This document shows positions 1-9,846 of a stretch of 64,000 nucleotides of DNA, piece after piece. The notes under the pieces are model-generated. The model was not told where the DNA came from. It did not search any database and saw only the letters and a list, made by a program, of their open reading frames with translations. Source of the stretch: Saprospiraceae bacterium (GTDB lineage Bacteria; Bacteroidota; Bacteroidia; Chitinophagales; Saprospiraceae); assembly GCA_965222645.1 (NCBI GenBank), contig OZ244968.1, positions 5,386,008 through 5,450,007 on the forward strand, written 5' to 3'. A program made the translations under genes and the position numbers. How positions within the stretch are numbered: position 1 is the first letter of the stretch; each line of letters starts with the position of its first letter.

Positions 1-383
1 TCCCTCACTCTGTTTAGCATTATTTTGCGACTAAGCCAATATTCCTCAATGCTCCAGAAGGCAGCTAGACTGGTGAGAAAAGTAATTGTAGCAGTTACTA
101 CTAATGCCCAATCAGATATCCATTCATTTTTATCTTTAAAGGCTAAGAATACTGTAGCTACTCCCGACAGAAAAAACACAGTAATTCTAAGTAAATAGTG
201 CCAGAATTTTGCCTTTTTTACAGATATCGTGAGTTTCTCTATCTTCGCCAATGTTAGTTGCAGCATACTTTTGTAGTTTTCAGGTACACTTTCATGTTTC
301 ATAAGCTGTCGATATAGCGACTCTAATTTTCTCCGATCTTGTTTGAATTTGAGGAATTTATTTTTTCTAACTGGGGTTTCCAT
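1..383 (-). CDS. Partial ORF (C-terminus runs off the window): small two-TM membrane protein, SLATT/DUF4231-like
   Basis: Own translation of the minus strand from ATG (381-383), open to position 1: METPVRKNKFLKFKQDRRKLESLYRQLMKHESVPENYKSMLQLTLAKIEKLTISVKKAKFWHYLLRITVFFLSGVATVFLAFKDKNEWISDWALVVTATITFLTSLAAFWSIEEYWLSRKIMLNRVR. It has two hydrophobic helices followed by a W-x3-R segment. It is absent from the ORF track because it is truncated by the window edge. The family call is from pattern memory only. Confidence 0.4.
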   Translation of the reverse strand, partial: METPVRKNKFLKFKQDRRKLESLYRQLMKHESVPENYKSMLQLTLAKIEKLTISVKKAKFWHYLLRITVFFLSGVATVFLAFKDKNEWISDWALVVTATITFLTSLAAFWSIEEYWLSRKIMLNRVR

Positions 384-537
384 TCCAATTGATTTAATTC
401 GAAAACTATTTTGATGTTTGTAACCAGTGTAAAATATAGTATCCCAGCAAATGGAGTTCACTACCAATTTTAATTCCTTGTTTTCATTGATCTTGTGGAA
501 GTAGCCACCGATGTAGATGGTCAAATGATCCAAGTCT

Positions 538-2988
538 TTACTTCCCTGCCGGGTAGTACCTTTTTCGAACAATGTATGAGTCAAACTCTACTTCTACGCA
601 ACGATTTAAATGGCGGCTGTAGTCGTCATCCCCGGGTTGCATCCCAACTGTATCTCTATTGATTTCTTCTCGGGAAATATTTCCTCGATTCAAAATGTAT
701 TTTTCAACTGCTTCTATACGTGCGGCAGCTAGCAATTTGTTCCGTTGTGAATTACCAATATTGTCAGTATAACCGTGTAATATTATGCCACGGGGTTCGA
801 TTGAGTTTACTAGCTCATCTAATTTAGCTTGAGCCCTATCTGTCAGACTGGACTCACCGAATTCAAAGTGAATTGTGAGCTGGTGATGTGCCGGAGTAGG
901 TACCCGAGCCATTCTGCCTAGCAGATCTTCCTTGATCGACTCAATACCTTTTACTAATTCTTGAGTCATTGTATCGATCATTGTCTTGCTAAGCCACCGA
1001 TTCAAGACAATGGGTGTGTCCAGGGACAGTTCGAGATATCGGTCACCTAGCTTGTTTACTTCAGAGCTGAGTTTACTGACATGCCTGATTTCACTGGCGT
1101 TAAAAATGCTACCCAATGCTGCTGATGCTAGAGTACCAACTGCTGTCCTATGTGGTCCCGGAGTACTTGCCTCGCTTGAATTCTTAGCATAAATGACGAT
1201 AATTTCCTTATCTGGTGAAATCTTGTCTCTCAAGGGAACCAGGGTACTGTAGATGTCTCTCACCGTCGATAATCCTGAATTGTCATACGCCCCTCCATCG
1301 AAATACTCGCAACTATTCCACACTGCACTTGCGCTCATTACCGGAAACATTTGACTGAGATTAACAGCCTGGGCGATAGAAATTGATTTATTACTGGCAA
1401 TCATTGTAGCAAGTAAGTCTTCGTAAGGTACTAGAGCATCATTGTCTCTTGCTTTATCAATTAATTGTACTGGTGAAATGACACTACGAAGTTTTTTACT
1501 TACGTTGTATGTATTTGGCAGGAATAGGGGATGATCGTAATCTATCTTTACAGTTTTTTTTGTCACTATTGGAAATTGGGTGTCATAGCACATGGAGCAA
1601 GAATCTAGGCCGAAATCATACTTAAAGGCACTTGCCTCCTCGATCATTAGCTGATCATTGCGATTGGTTCTTCTGAATAAACAGAGTCCCCTTTGTATCG
1701 GATTGAAATAGAATAAACGCATTAAACTGGAACTGAAGAAATCTTTGTTGAAGAACTTTTTCATACCATTGATTAGTGTTTCGCCATTTGAGTTTATGTC
1801 TATTTGCGATCGTTTCGCAGAAACGAATAAACCGGCTCCAACAGAACTCCCGGACACTGTAGAAATAGCTAGACAGTTATCATAAAAGGATACTTTACTC
1901 ATAGTATCTAGCGTGGCTAGTATTGATCCAGTCCAAAAGCCAGCCCTAGAACCCCCACCCTGACCAGCTAGGAGATAAATTGGATTCCTATCAGTCTTTC
2001 TCTTTAAAAGCCAGCCCTCAATATATTCTCTAAGGCCTATCCGCTCAATGTTTTCAGCATTTAAAGTGGCAGTTTGTATTTTTTTAAAATTATGGTTTCC
2101 GTCAAAAGGAGATAGTGTAGTGACAAAGAGGAAGACGATTAAAATAATTAAGCCAATAAGAGAGTTCAAATTTTTAGCTGGATGAGAATGAATGCTGTTT
2201 TTTATCAAGGAATCAAACGTTGGTGAATTCGCATAGAGGTAGTAAATTAGGGAGAATAGAATCCTGATTGTCATAATAATTACCAGCGTTATGTCGAAAG
2301 GTGAAATACCTATTGTACCTGTAAACCACTGTGGCCAAAGGTGAGTTCCCAGCGCATATAAAATTACAAGTGCTAGGTTTAGAAAGGAAAGTTTTCTGAC
2401 AAAGCCATCGATTCTCTTTTTATTATCACTTGATTCAGAGTAATTCGGTGCCTGAAGTACATACATCAGAAACACAAAAGTAAAAATAAGTAATATTGCT
2501 ATGCAGGCTAGATTTAGTAGAAAATTACCAGCATTAGACCAAGACTGTACCACAATGTATGTTGCAAGAAGAAGTGGAAAAATATAAGTGGTGCTAACGA
2601 TAATGCCGTCCTTACTGTATGCTTTTTTTCTGCCTACTTCTATGCCCTGTTTTTCTTTATTGAAATAATATCGCCTAATTGTAGCAAAACGACTGCATCC
2701 GTAAAATGTGAAACTAATCATGCATAGATATAAGACGGTTATTAATGGTTTTGTAGCGCTAGCCAGGTAGTCATGTATCATGACTTTGGTTTGTGGAATT
2801 ATAAATAATAAGGCAGACAATGCTCCACATAGGGCAATATTTATCGCGACCGTTGAATTAAAGTCGATATTTTGGTACTCAATGGTGTTTTTCAACGGGA
2901 CACGATCATACGCTAGGTGATCCCTAAACATTCTCTTGAACCTCATGTGTGATTTACCTTGTTTTGACTGTTTTGATTGAGAACTCAT
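538..2988 (-). CDS. Polytopic-membrane patatin-like phospholipase with C-terminal OmpA-like domain
   Basis: 816 aa. The N-terminal ~300 aa contain many hydrophobic helices. Patatin motifs: GQGGGSRAG (oxyanion Gly-rich/Arg), GSSVG (GxSxG nucleophile) and FDGGAYDN (catalytic Asp-Gly-Gly). The C-terminus has the OmpA_C signature GYTDNIGNSQRNKLLAAARIEAV. Confidence 0.75.
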   Translation of the reverse strand: MSSQSKQSKQGKSHMRFKRMFRDHLAYDRVPLKNTIEYQNIDFNSTVAINIALCGALSALLFIIPQTKVMIHDYLASATKPLITVLYLCMISFTFYGCSRFATIRRYYFNKEKQGIEVGRKKAYSKDGIIVSTTYIFPLLLATYIVVQSWSNAGNFLLNLACIAILLIFTFVFLMYVLQAPNYSESSDNKKRIDGFVRKLSFLNLALVILYALGTHLWPQWFTGTIGISPFDITLVIIMTIRILFSLIYYLYANSPTFDSLIKNSIHSHPAKNLNSLIGLIILIVFLFVTTLSPFDGNHNFKKIQTATLNAENIERIGLREYIEGWLLKRKTDRNPIYLLAGQGGGSRAGFWTGSILATLDTMSKVSFYDNCLAISTVSGSSVGAGLFVSAKRSQIDINSNGETLINGMKKFFNKDFFSSSLMRLFYFNPIQRGLCLFRRTNRNDQLMIEEASAFKYDFGLDSCSMCYDTQFPIVTKKTVKIDYDHPLFLPNTYNVSKKLRSVISPVQLIDKARDNDALVPYEDLLATMIASNKSISIAQAVNLSQMFPVMSASAVWNSCEYFDGGAYDNSGLSTVRDIYSTLVPLRDKISPDKEIIVIYAKNSSEASTPGPHRTAVGTLASAALGSIFNASEIRHVSKLSSEVNKLGDRYLELSLDTPIVLNRWLSKTMIDTMTQELVKGIESIKEDLLGRMARVPTPAHHQLTIHFEFGESSLTDRAQAKLDELVNSIEPRGIILHGYTDNIGNSQRNKLLAAARIEAVEKYILNRGNISREEINRDTVGMQPGDDDYSRHLNRCVEVEFDSYIVRKRYYPAGK

Positions 2989-3089
2989 TTTATAGGAAAT
3001 ATTACCAATTAGTGATTTAGTAAGTTAGAAGTTTGATGGAGTTATTTGCTAAATAGGAGATAAGATTGTTAGAATCTATCGACAATTTT

Positions 3090-4841
3090 TCAATGTAGTA
3101 AGTATTTATCAGTAAAGTACTTCGCCAAAAATGCCTCCGCGTTGTTCCACATGAGGTTGTCAATGATTTCTGAAGTGGAGAGCCCAAATCTCAGTTTGTC
3201 GAAGTCTTTCAATCCTTCTGAAATACGTTTTTCCCAAAATACTATAAGGTCATCTCTAAACTGATTTATATAACTTCCATCGGGGTAGGTGTCTAAGGGA
3301 TTTATTACACCATCGAAATCTGTACCCAGACAAATATGGAAGTATATCTTTCTATCGTTTACTACTCTGGCGAGGTGTAGTACCTGATTGAGGAATATGG
3401 CACATGAAACTGGCCTCAAAATAGACCTGATTTGTTCGATCTCTGAGTTGATTTTAGCGATTCTAGCCTTTACTTTTTCTATTTTGTTTGCTTGCGAACT
3501 TCCTTTAAGTCTCATCAATTTTTTCTCATTTCTCGAGAGTTTTAGATACCTTTTACCAAGTGATCGTTTTGTTTCCTTGTAGGTGTTGATATCCTTATTG
3601 TTGAGAAGTATTTCTTCTGAGCCGATTTTGGTAAAATTATTCTCGCTAAAAGCAGGCAGCGTTTTACCCAGAATACGTTTCTCGTCCAGCATGACTCCAA
3701 TCAGGCCGTCACTATCCACTATTTCTCTAATCTCATCATCATATAAATTGAGTGGACTTGTATTCACTGTATCTAGAAATGCCTGACCGTTACTTTTCTC
3801 GTCTTGCCTGGGTTTTTTGCTAAATTTTTGTTTGACGAACTTCCGGGCAGAGGGCCTTCCCGATACCGCAGTATGGCTCTGAATGATTGGAATATGATCT
3901 CCGTTCTTCTTTCTCTCTTTTACCAAATCATGGTACCAAATTCTCGCTGCTGGACTCATGTGTTTTGTATCAATCAATACTCTCCTGGGAGATCTTTCCA
4001 GAAGTAGTTTAATTAATTTTTCTCCATATTTATTTACGCCGAGCTTAAAATATCTATTACCAGATCCACTTTGATTAAAAATACCTGAGGGTACGCTGGG
4101 CGAATGCCCGCAAAACAAGTTGTAAAAATGGTGGCCAAATGTTATGAAAAACAGTGGGTAATCTTTCTTGTAGGCTCTGATATTTATTGAAACTTCTGTC
4201 AATAATCGATCCATTATTTGAGAACTTTCCTTCCGAGACTCTCTTTCTAGATCAACCTGCTCACCAACAGTATTTTTTGATATGAAGGAATGACATCCCT
4301 CGACGGTGAGTATTACGGAAGTGACTTTGGGATCTTTTAGATTTTTTTTGATGTCATTGTACTTGGAAACTATTTGATAGGATTTACCAGGACTGAATCG
4401 ATTGGGGAGTCCTTGATTATCGATCAATGCAGCCGTTTCCTTTATGAGGTCCGGATAATACTGAAATCCCTTGTTTTGTATTCTTTTTACTGAAATTAAA
4501 CTGATGCCTATCACTGAGGCAATCATTTTAAGAGGATCGGCAAGCAGGAATAGATTGGCTGGTATTACTACACCAGCATTTACCTGGGTAAACCCTTGTT
4601 CGATCGGGTATAAGCCCGTACAAACGCATCGAAAACCTCCCTTGTAATAGGCAGAGAAATGGGATTGATTTCGGTGAATTAGTTCATAAGTGAGCGTGTT
4701 TACAATCCAATCATACTTTTTGTTGGAAAGATCTGTCTTAGAGATAGCGGTCCAGTGATCCGGATTAGGGGGCTGTTTGGTGTCCGGATTGGTGGAGTAG
4801 TATGGCTTTATCGTGTTGTGGCAATGTAGGTCAAAGAACAT
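3090..4841 (-). CDS. Peptidase M19 (membrane dipeptidase)-like TIM-barrel metallohydrolase with a Lys-rich coiled-coil insertion
   Basis: 583 aa. The order of motifs matches my memory of renal-dipeptidase family blocks: N-terminal FDLHCH (family has HxD), LTVEGCHSF, ITFGHHFYNL, LIDTKHMS, IIQSHTAVSG, GLIGVMLD, CLGTDFDG, and terminal NNAEAFL. A ~90 aa K/E-rich insert (KRYLKLSRNEKKLMRLKGSSQANKIEKVKARIAKINSEIEQIR) precedes the last blocks. Confidence 0.45.
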   Translation of the reverse strand: MFFDLHCHNTIKPYYSTNPDTKQPPNPDHWTAISKTDLSNKKYDWIVNTLTYELIHRNQSHFSAYYKGGFRCVCTGLYPIEQGFTQVNAGVVIPANLFLLADPLKMIASVIGISLISVKRIQNKGFQYYPDLIKETAALIDNQGLPNRFSPGKSYQIVSKYNDIKKNLKDPKVTSVILTVEGCHSFISKNTVGEQVDLERESRKESSQIMDRLLTEVSINIRAYKKDYPLFFITFGHHFYNLFCGHSPSVPSGIFNQSGSGNRYFKLGVNKYGEKLIKLLLERSPRRVLIDTKHMSPAARIWYHDLVKERKKNGDHIPIIQSHTAVSGRPSARKFVKQKFSKKPRQDEKSNGQAFLDTVNTSPLNLYDDEIREIVDSDGLIGVMLDEKRILGKTLPAFSENNFTKIGSEEILLNNKDINTYKETKRSLGKRYLKLSRNEKKLMRLKGSSQANKIEKVKARIAKINSEIEQIRSILRPVSCAIFLNQVLHLARVVNDRKIYFHICLGTDFDGVINPLDTYPDGSYINQFRDDLIVFWEKRISEGLKDFDKLRFGLSTSEIIDNLMWNNAEAFLAKYFTDKYLLH

Positions 4842-5074
4842 GTGTCAATGATTTTATAGTATTATTAAAAATATTAGTCAATTCCAGATATGCTTGTCTT
4901 GGAATGCTTTCACATGAAACTAGTGCAGAGAAGTGACCTGTTATTGTACTCAGCAAAAGGAGTGATTGGAGTCAATCACCAGAGTGATAGCGTGATCATC
5001 GTAAAATCTGGGTTCTTAGGCACCAGATATTATACCATTTTGTAAGATTTTTAATGAGAAAGAGAATCCTCTTG

Positions 5075-5160
5075 CACACGCTTCGCCGCTTCGCCCACTT
5101 AACTCACATAGAAGAGCTATTCAAACGTCTTAGAAAAAATGCTGTTTAAATATAATTAAC
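5075..5160 (+). repeat. Intergenic repeat, TTAACTCACA family, subtype 1
   Basis: The sequence ...GCTTCGCCCACTTAACTCACATAGAAGAGCTATTCAAACGTCTTAGAAAAAATGCTGTTTAAATATAATTAA matches the copy at 9484-9565. Confidence 0.7.
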
Positions 5161-5308
5161 AGCACTTAAATATCAATGATTATACCCTTTACTTGCTTTT
5201 ATCGGCGATCTGTAATGTGCCAATGTTCTGATTATATTTCGATAATCTTAGGGTCTTATATATTTTCTTATATACAACATGAGATAGTCCACATTTACCA
5301 AAATTATC

Positions 5309-6628
5309 TCAGACCGGTTCCCCCGGATGCTTATATCCCTCCCGGTACTTGCGATACACCAGCGGTGCTGCTTTTTCATTATCCAATATATTCATCGTGT
5401 CATAGTCAACTTTTATTGTAGTGTCTGTACGATGCGCAATGTCGGCATAGATGGTAGCACAGGTTGCTTTAAAGCCGTCGTCGAAAGTTGCGGTGATCAG
5501 ATCTTGATTCTGTTGCCGCACTGCCTCAGAAAACTCTGTAAACATGTTTTCTATCACCATTTTTGCTTCTGCCATGTATTTGGGACCTCCTTGCGGAATG
5601 GTTGGATCGTGAAAAGTTTTGACATCGCCATCTGGCATAAATACTTCCCAACCCATGTCACCGGCAAAAATGGTGGCTTTAGGCGTCATATAATATACTC
5701 CAATTGCATGATGCTTTATTGGAGATATATATCCCCAGGTTTTGTGATTCCAGTTTACATTGAGATTTGCAAATGAAAACTGGACATCCAGTTCGCTGGG
5801 GTGCTCGCCTGCTCCAGACTGTGGTCTTTTTGCAAATGCAGAATAACTTGTGGGACTGTCCAGATCTAATACCTTGCGGATATTTTGATAATAATGGATT
5901 CCCCAGTCAGCCAAGATTCCTCTACCGAATGCATGTTGGGCCCTCCACCACGGTGATTTCCGGTCCGGCCATGTGCGGTAAGGCTCTTTAGGGGCTGGAC
6001 CACAAAATGTTTCATAATCTATGGAATCCGGAATTTCTACAGTAGGAGGATATCCATCGGGATTGTAAATATTAAAACTAACCTGGGTGACTTCTCCGAC
6101 TACTCCCGTAGCCAGGTAATCCTTTACTTCTTTATTGATTGGGCCATAAACACGGGGGAAATCGACGAGCACAATGTTATCTGCTTTTTCGTGTGCAGCT
6201 TTCATCGCTTGTGCCTCCCTAATGTCGTAACTGATTGGTTTTTCTAGCCATATGTCCAGCCCCTTTTCGCAGGCAGCAATAAATTGAAGGGCGTGCCAAT
6301 GGGTCGGTGTAGCAATGGCCACTGCTTGAAGACCTTCCAGGTCGTACATCTCCCTGTAATCATTAAAAAGCTTGGGAGTGGCACCAGTAGCTTGTGTCAC
6401 CAGATTTGATGCCGCATGAAGATTGTCCTCACTTACATCACAAATTGCAATTATATCGACCTCGCCAGATGATATGCCAAAACTGGCAAGGATCGACGAT
6501 CCCCACCAACCGGTACCGACGATCCCCATTTTTATTTTTTCTTTAATTTTACCATTGGAAATATACGGTGCTGCTATAAACGCACCGGATGCAAGTGAGG
6601 AATTTTTTAGGAAGCTTCGTCTTTTCAT
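5309..6628 (-). CDS. Gfo/Idh/MocA-family NAD(P)-dependent oxidoreductase with Tat-type signal
   Basis: 439 aa. N-terminus MKRRSFLKNSSLASGAFIAAP (twin-Arg-like), then the Rossmann motif GIVGTGWWG. Overall it resembles periplasmic Gfo/Idh/MocA proteins common in Bacteroidota and PVC. Confidence 0.8.
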   Translation of the reverse strand: MKRRSFLKNSSLASGAFIAAPYISNGKIKEKIKMGIVGTGWWGSSILASFGISSGEVDIIAICDVSEDNLHAASNLVTQATGATPKLFNDYREMYDLEGLQAVAIATPTHWHALQFIAACEKGLDIWLEKPISYDIREAQAMKAAHEKADNIVLVDFPRVYGPINKEVKDYLATGVVGEVTQVSFNIYNPDGYPPTVEIPDSIDYETFCGPAPKEPYRTWPDRKSPWWRAQHAFGRGILADWGIHYYQNIRKVLDLDSPTSYSAFAKRPQSGAGEHPSELDVQFSFANLNVNWNHKTWGYISPIKHHAIGVYYMTPKATIFAGDMGWEVFMPDGDVKTFHDPTIPQGGPKYMAEAKMVIENMFTEFSEAVRQQNQDLITATFDDGFKATCATIYADIAHRTDTTIKVDYDTMNILDNEKAAPLVYRKYREGYKHPGEPV

Positions 6629-6770
6629 TTATTAGCTGATTAATCATTTATTTCTGAAACTGTAGCTGGTTATTTTCGCACCAAGATTTCCATTATCAAA
6701 GTTGACTTGGTGAGATCTCAATTGGACAAGCTCCAGTTTTCTCTAAGATACTATTTTCTTCTTCCACGAT

Positions 6771-6828
6771 CAATTTATAATTCGCCAGACAGCTCCGCCC
6801 ACTTAACTCACAGATATGAATTATTCCT
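6771..6828 (+). repeat. Intergenic repeat, TTAACTCACA family, subtype 2
   Basis: CAATTTATAATTCGCCAGACAGCTCCGCCCACTTAACTCACAGATATGAATTATTC matches 9732-9795 (TCAATTTATATAGAACGCCAGACGGCTCCGCCCTCTTAACTCACAGACATGAATTATTC). Confidence 0.7.
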
Positions 6829-7427
6829 ACCTCGAAATGAAAAGAACCACGTACAGCGGTGTGAGAGGCGCACCCCGGTCTATTTATTGGCCGGGGCCGT
6901 CTACTCGATTCTCTGCAGGCTTTCCTCTTCAAGAAAATTTGAACCAACTTGATAGTAGTATATCCCAAGCTTTATTAAGTAATAACCTTACAATAGCAAG
7001 AATGTGTTAGTAATGAACAAAGTTTGTAAATGAGTATTTTTCTCTATCTGGTTTGGACTGCTTTAACTCTTTCATTAAGATAGTCTTTAATGTCACTTGG
7101 TAAATCCGAAAAGTCTGTTGAAACTCGTACTTCGAAAAAATCTTTTTTATCATTTTTCATAATACATGATTTTGATGATTAAATAATCAGATTATTTCCA
7201 ATTAAATATGGTTATTCTTCTCGGAATTTAATTGCTTATGCTTGCAGAGCACGGATTAGCATAGCCACAGTAGCGGATGAATCCAGCTCTAAGTTAAGTG
7301 ATTTCTATTATCCGCTATTGTGTGCTATGCAATGTTGGCAAGCGTTCCATACATAATTTAATATGTTGGTATGTAGATATTCAATTTTATTGCCTTAAGA
7401 GGTCATATTCTCGGTACAATTCTTTGT

Positions 7428-7952
7428 TCAATCCAATTGTACTTCAACATCAGATGACTCAGCAAATATTCTCTTTAGTACAACCCTACGATCCTCTTTT
7501 ATTTCAACAACTTGAGCTAACTCTATTGTGTCATTAAATTTAGTCATATAGAAATAATATCCATGAATATTTATTAACTCATCTAAATATTTTTCACGTA
7601 AGAAACCTAAATTTAAATTTACTCTATCTAGTTCCACCAAAAACACATTTAAATCAGAGGCATGATCCAGTGTTAGGTGTAGACCACCATCTTCTAAACG
7701 ACCATCTACGGTATCAGCAATATTGATATAATTTTCATAAATTCTAATGCTGTATTTTGTCAAATACGCACCTTTAGAATCATAGAACTCACATAGATGA
7801 CTTTTAAAATTTAAATAAATAATTGAAGCATCGATGTATATCATCTGCATTTGATTCCAATCAAACTTTGAACAATATATAAAGATTCGGCTATCTTTAA
7901 TATCATTCTTTGAAACACAATGGAGCAACACAATGAAATATATAATACTCAT
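7428..7952 (-). CDS. Hypothetical protein (no recognisable domain), translationally coupled to the upstream lipoprotein gene
   Basis: 174 aa ORF in a visibly AT-rich segment. Its ATG overlaps the TAA stop of 7952..9064 (TAATG). Confidence 0.5.
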   Translation of the reverse strand: MSIIYFIVLLHCVSKNDIKDSRIFIYCSKFDWNQMQMIYIDASIIYLNFKSHLCEFYDSKGAYLTKYSIRIYENYINIADTVDGRLEDGGLHLTLDHASDLNVFLVELDRVNLNLGFLREKYLDELINIHGYYFYMTKFNDTIELAQVVEIKEDRRVVLKRIFAESSDVEVQLD

Positions 7953-9064
7953 TAATTACAACAATTTTGTGATTGTCCTGGTAAAGCAGGAATAGGAGAT
8001 GGATTACCTAGATAATTGTCAGAAGGTACTTGCACATATCCACCTCCAAAACGTGTTTTGATTTCTTTCTCCACAGCTATTTCAAGATCACTTTCAATTA
8101 TATCAGATGCATTACTTAGTCTATATACTCTATCCAATCCAAAAACTCGAACAACGTCTTGCACGCCAGAATTTAAAGATGCCGCAAGATTATTTTTAAT
8201 TTCACATTCCTTCAGATTAGTAGAGAACTCTATATCTATCGATAGATAAAAATTATAGGACCTTAACTTAAGAACGTCATAGAACGAAAGTTTAATATTT
8301 GATAGTGAAGCACTGTACTTATTTGATCCAGTAGAATGCAATATAAAAGATTCACAGCTATATGGTAGTATGGTATTGCCTGTATTCTCATCATTCGTAA
8401 CACTTGTCCCTCCCCCAGATGGTGGTGGATCAGATCCTCCATAACATTCGATCCATTCATATACTTCGGTAGATGAACCATTATATGTACTTCCGACATA
8501 ATTTCCATTTACCCACCAGTCAGTATAATGATGTGTGGTAATGGTCAGCGTATGTAGCTCGCAATCACTTACATAAAGTAAAGCTAACTCACTCTCAGAG
8601 TACAACTTTGATTTGTACTCACCCTTTTCATAAACAGCTCTAAATTGCTGCTCTGTACTATTAAGATTGTACGCGATTATCGCCCCAGAATACTCCTCTT
8701 TTATTTTATCCCACTCGTTCTTTTTAAGTCTTTTAATTAACTTGTCTCTATATTTCGTACTTGGCCAAAGATGAAAATTTAAAGTTAATTTTTCACTAGT
8801 AGTAGGGTCTTTAATTTGGCCACTTACTTGGAATGCATCTTGATCCTGACTTGATCTTGCTTTGGCAGAATTACCAGAACTACTTGATTTAGTTTTAATG
8901 ATAGATTCAATTTCAAGTGATTCCAGTGGCCAAATTTCTCCAGTCTCTACTTTTTCCAAACTTGTTGCTTCTTCTCTACTAGGTTCAATTGGTTCCTTCT
9001 CACAACTTTGAGCAACAAGGACCACAAAAAGAATAAATAAAATCTTAAAAATATTTGATTTCAT
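7952..9064 (-). CDS. Hypothetical lipoprotein
   Basis: 370 aa. Signal peptide plus lipobox-like LVAQSC. Ser-rich linker, a Gly/Pro hinge (GGSDPPPSGGGTS) and C-terminal CCN. I recognise no family. Confidence 0.55.
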   Translation of the reverse strand: MKSNIFKILFILFVVLVAQSCEKEPIEPSREEATSLEKVETGEIWPLESLEIESIIKTKSSSSGNSAKARSSQDQDAFQVSGQIKDPTTSEKLTLNFHLWPSTKYRDKLIKRLKKNEWDKIKEEYSGAIIAYNLNSTEQQFRAVYEKGEYKSKLYSESELALLYVSDCELHTLTITTHHYTDWWVNGNYVGSTYNGSSTEVYEWIECYGGSDPPPSGGGTSVTNDENTGNTILPYSCESFILHSTGSNKYSASLSNIKLSFYDVLKLRSYNFYLSIDIEFSTNLKECEIKNNLAASLNSGVQDVVRVFGLDRVYRLSNASDIIESDLEIAVEKEIKTRFGGGYVQVPSDNYLGNPSPIPALPGQSQNCCN

Positions 9065-9483
9065 TACTGATGGTTTAAAATGATTTCCTGCCTCAATTTT
9101 ATTACTTAAGCAGGTTGGGGAATATCCCCGTCAGCATACATTTTTCATTCCAGCAATTTTGCTTGATTTCAGTTCTATCTCATTTTGTGAGTGCATTTTT
9201 TGTCAATTTCAGGTTGACAACATTTTGGTTTTGAACCGATTACAACATCAGTGCTTTCATTAAAATGCTTGCCTTTTATCTAATTAAAGAGCCTTACAAT
9301 GGCTAAGAGACGTGTGGTTTAAAACACGTCAAAGGTAGCTAGAAACCAAAATTTATTTTGTGTATGCGCATTCCGGACTTTTTCTTGGACTTTGTTTATG
9401 GTCTGTGCTTTCTCCTTTTTACATAATCGTTAAGACCAATTATTGGACCTATTTGCTGCACAAATTTCAAAAGGAATTCAACC

Positions 9484-9565
9484 CGCACAAAGCTCCGCTC
9501 ACTTAACTCACATAGGGGAGTTATTCAGACGTCTAAAAGAAATGATGCTTAAATATAATTAAATA
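9484..9565 (+). repeat. Intergenic repeat, TTAACTCACA family, subtype 1
   Basis: GCACAAAGCTCCGCTCACTTAACTCACATAGGGGAGTTATTCAGACGTCTAAAAGAAATGATGCTTAAATATAATTAAA matches 5075-5160. Confidence 0.7.
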
Positions 9566-9731
9566 AATTAATTATCAAAATAATATTCTGTATATATTTG
9601 TTTTTATTTTTTAGATGTGATTTATTATCCTGAATACTTCTATGCTTCGAATGCGTAGATTTGTTTTTGACGGGAGGCAGCTTGTAGATTCCTTTTTATT
9701 AGGATAACTATCATTTGAAAAATTGGGACAT

Positions 9732-9795
9732 CAATTTATATAGAACGCCAGACGGCTCCGCCCTCTTAACTCACAGACATGAATTATTCAAACGT
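9732..9795 (+). repeat. Intergenic repeat, TTAACTCACA family, subtype 2
   Basis: Matches 6771-6828 (see that entry). Confidence 0.7.
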
Positions 9796-9846
9796 TTTTT
9801 AATTTCGAAAAATCGAATGTAGTATTCGACAAAAGCCGAAGCCAAA

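Noticed and set aside
6696-7010. Three mutually overlapping ORFs (6696..6968 minus, 6707..6952 plus, 6816..7010 plus)
   Set aside because: They overlap each other on both strands across an intergenic repeat copy (6771-6828 plus an M1-like fragment). They have no motifs and no plausible translation-initiation context.
5075-9795. Integron-like cassette array with the TTAACTCACA repeats acting as attC sites
   Set aside because: No integrase gene is nearby. The repeats lack the imperfect-palindrome (R''-L''...L'-R') organisation of attC sites, and the flanked genes are in the opposite orientation to the repeats.
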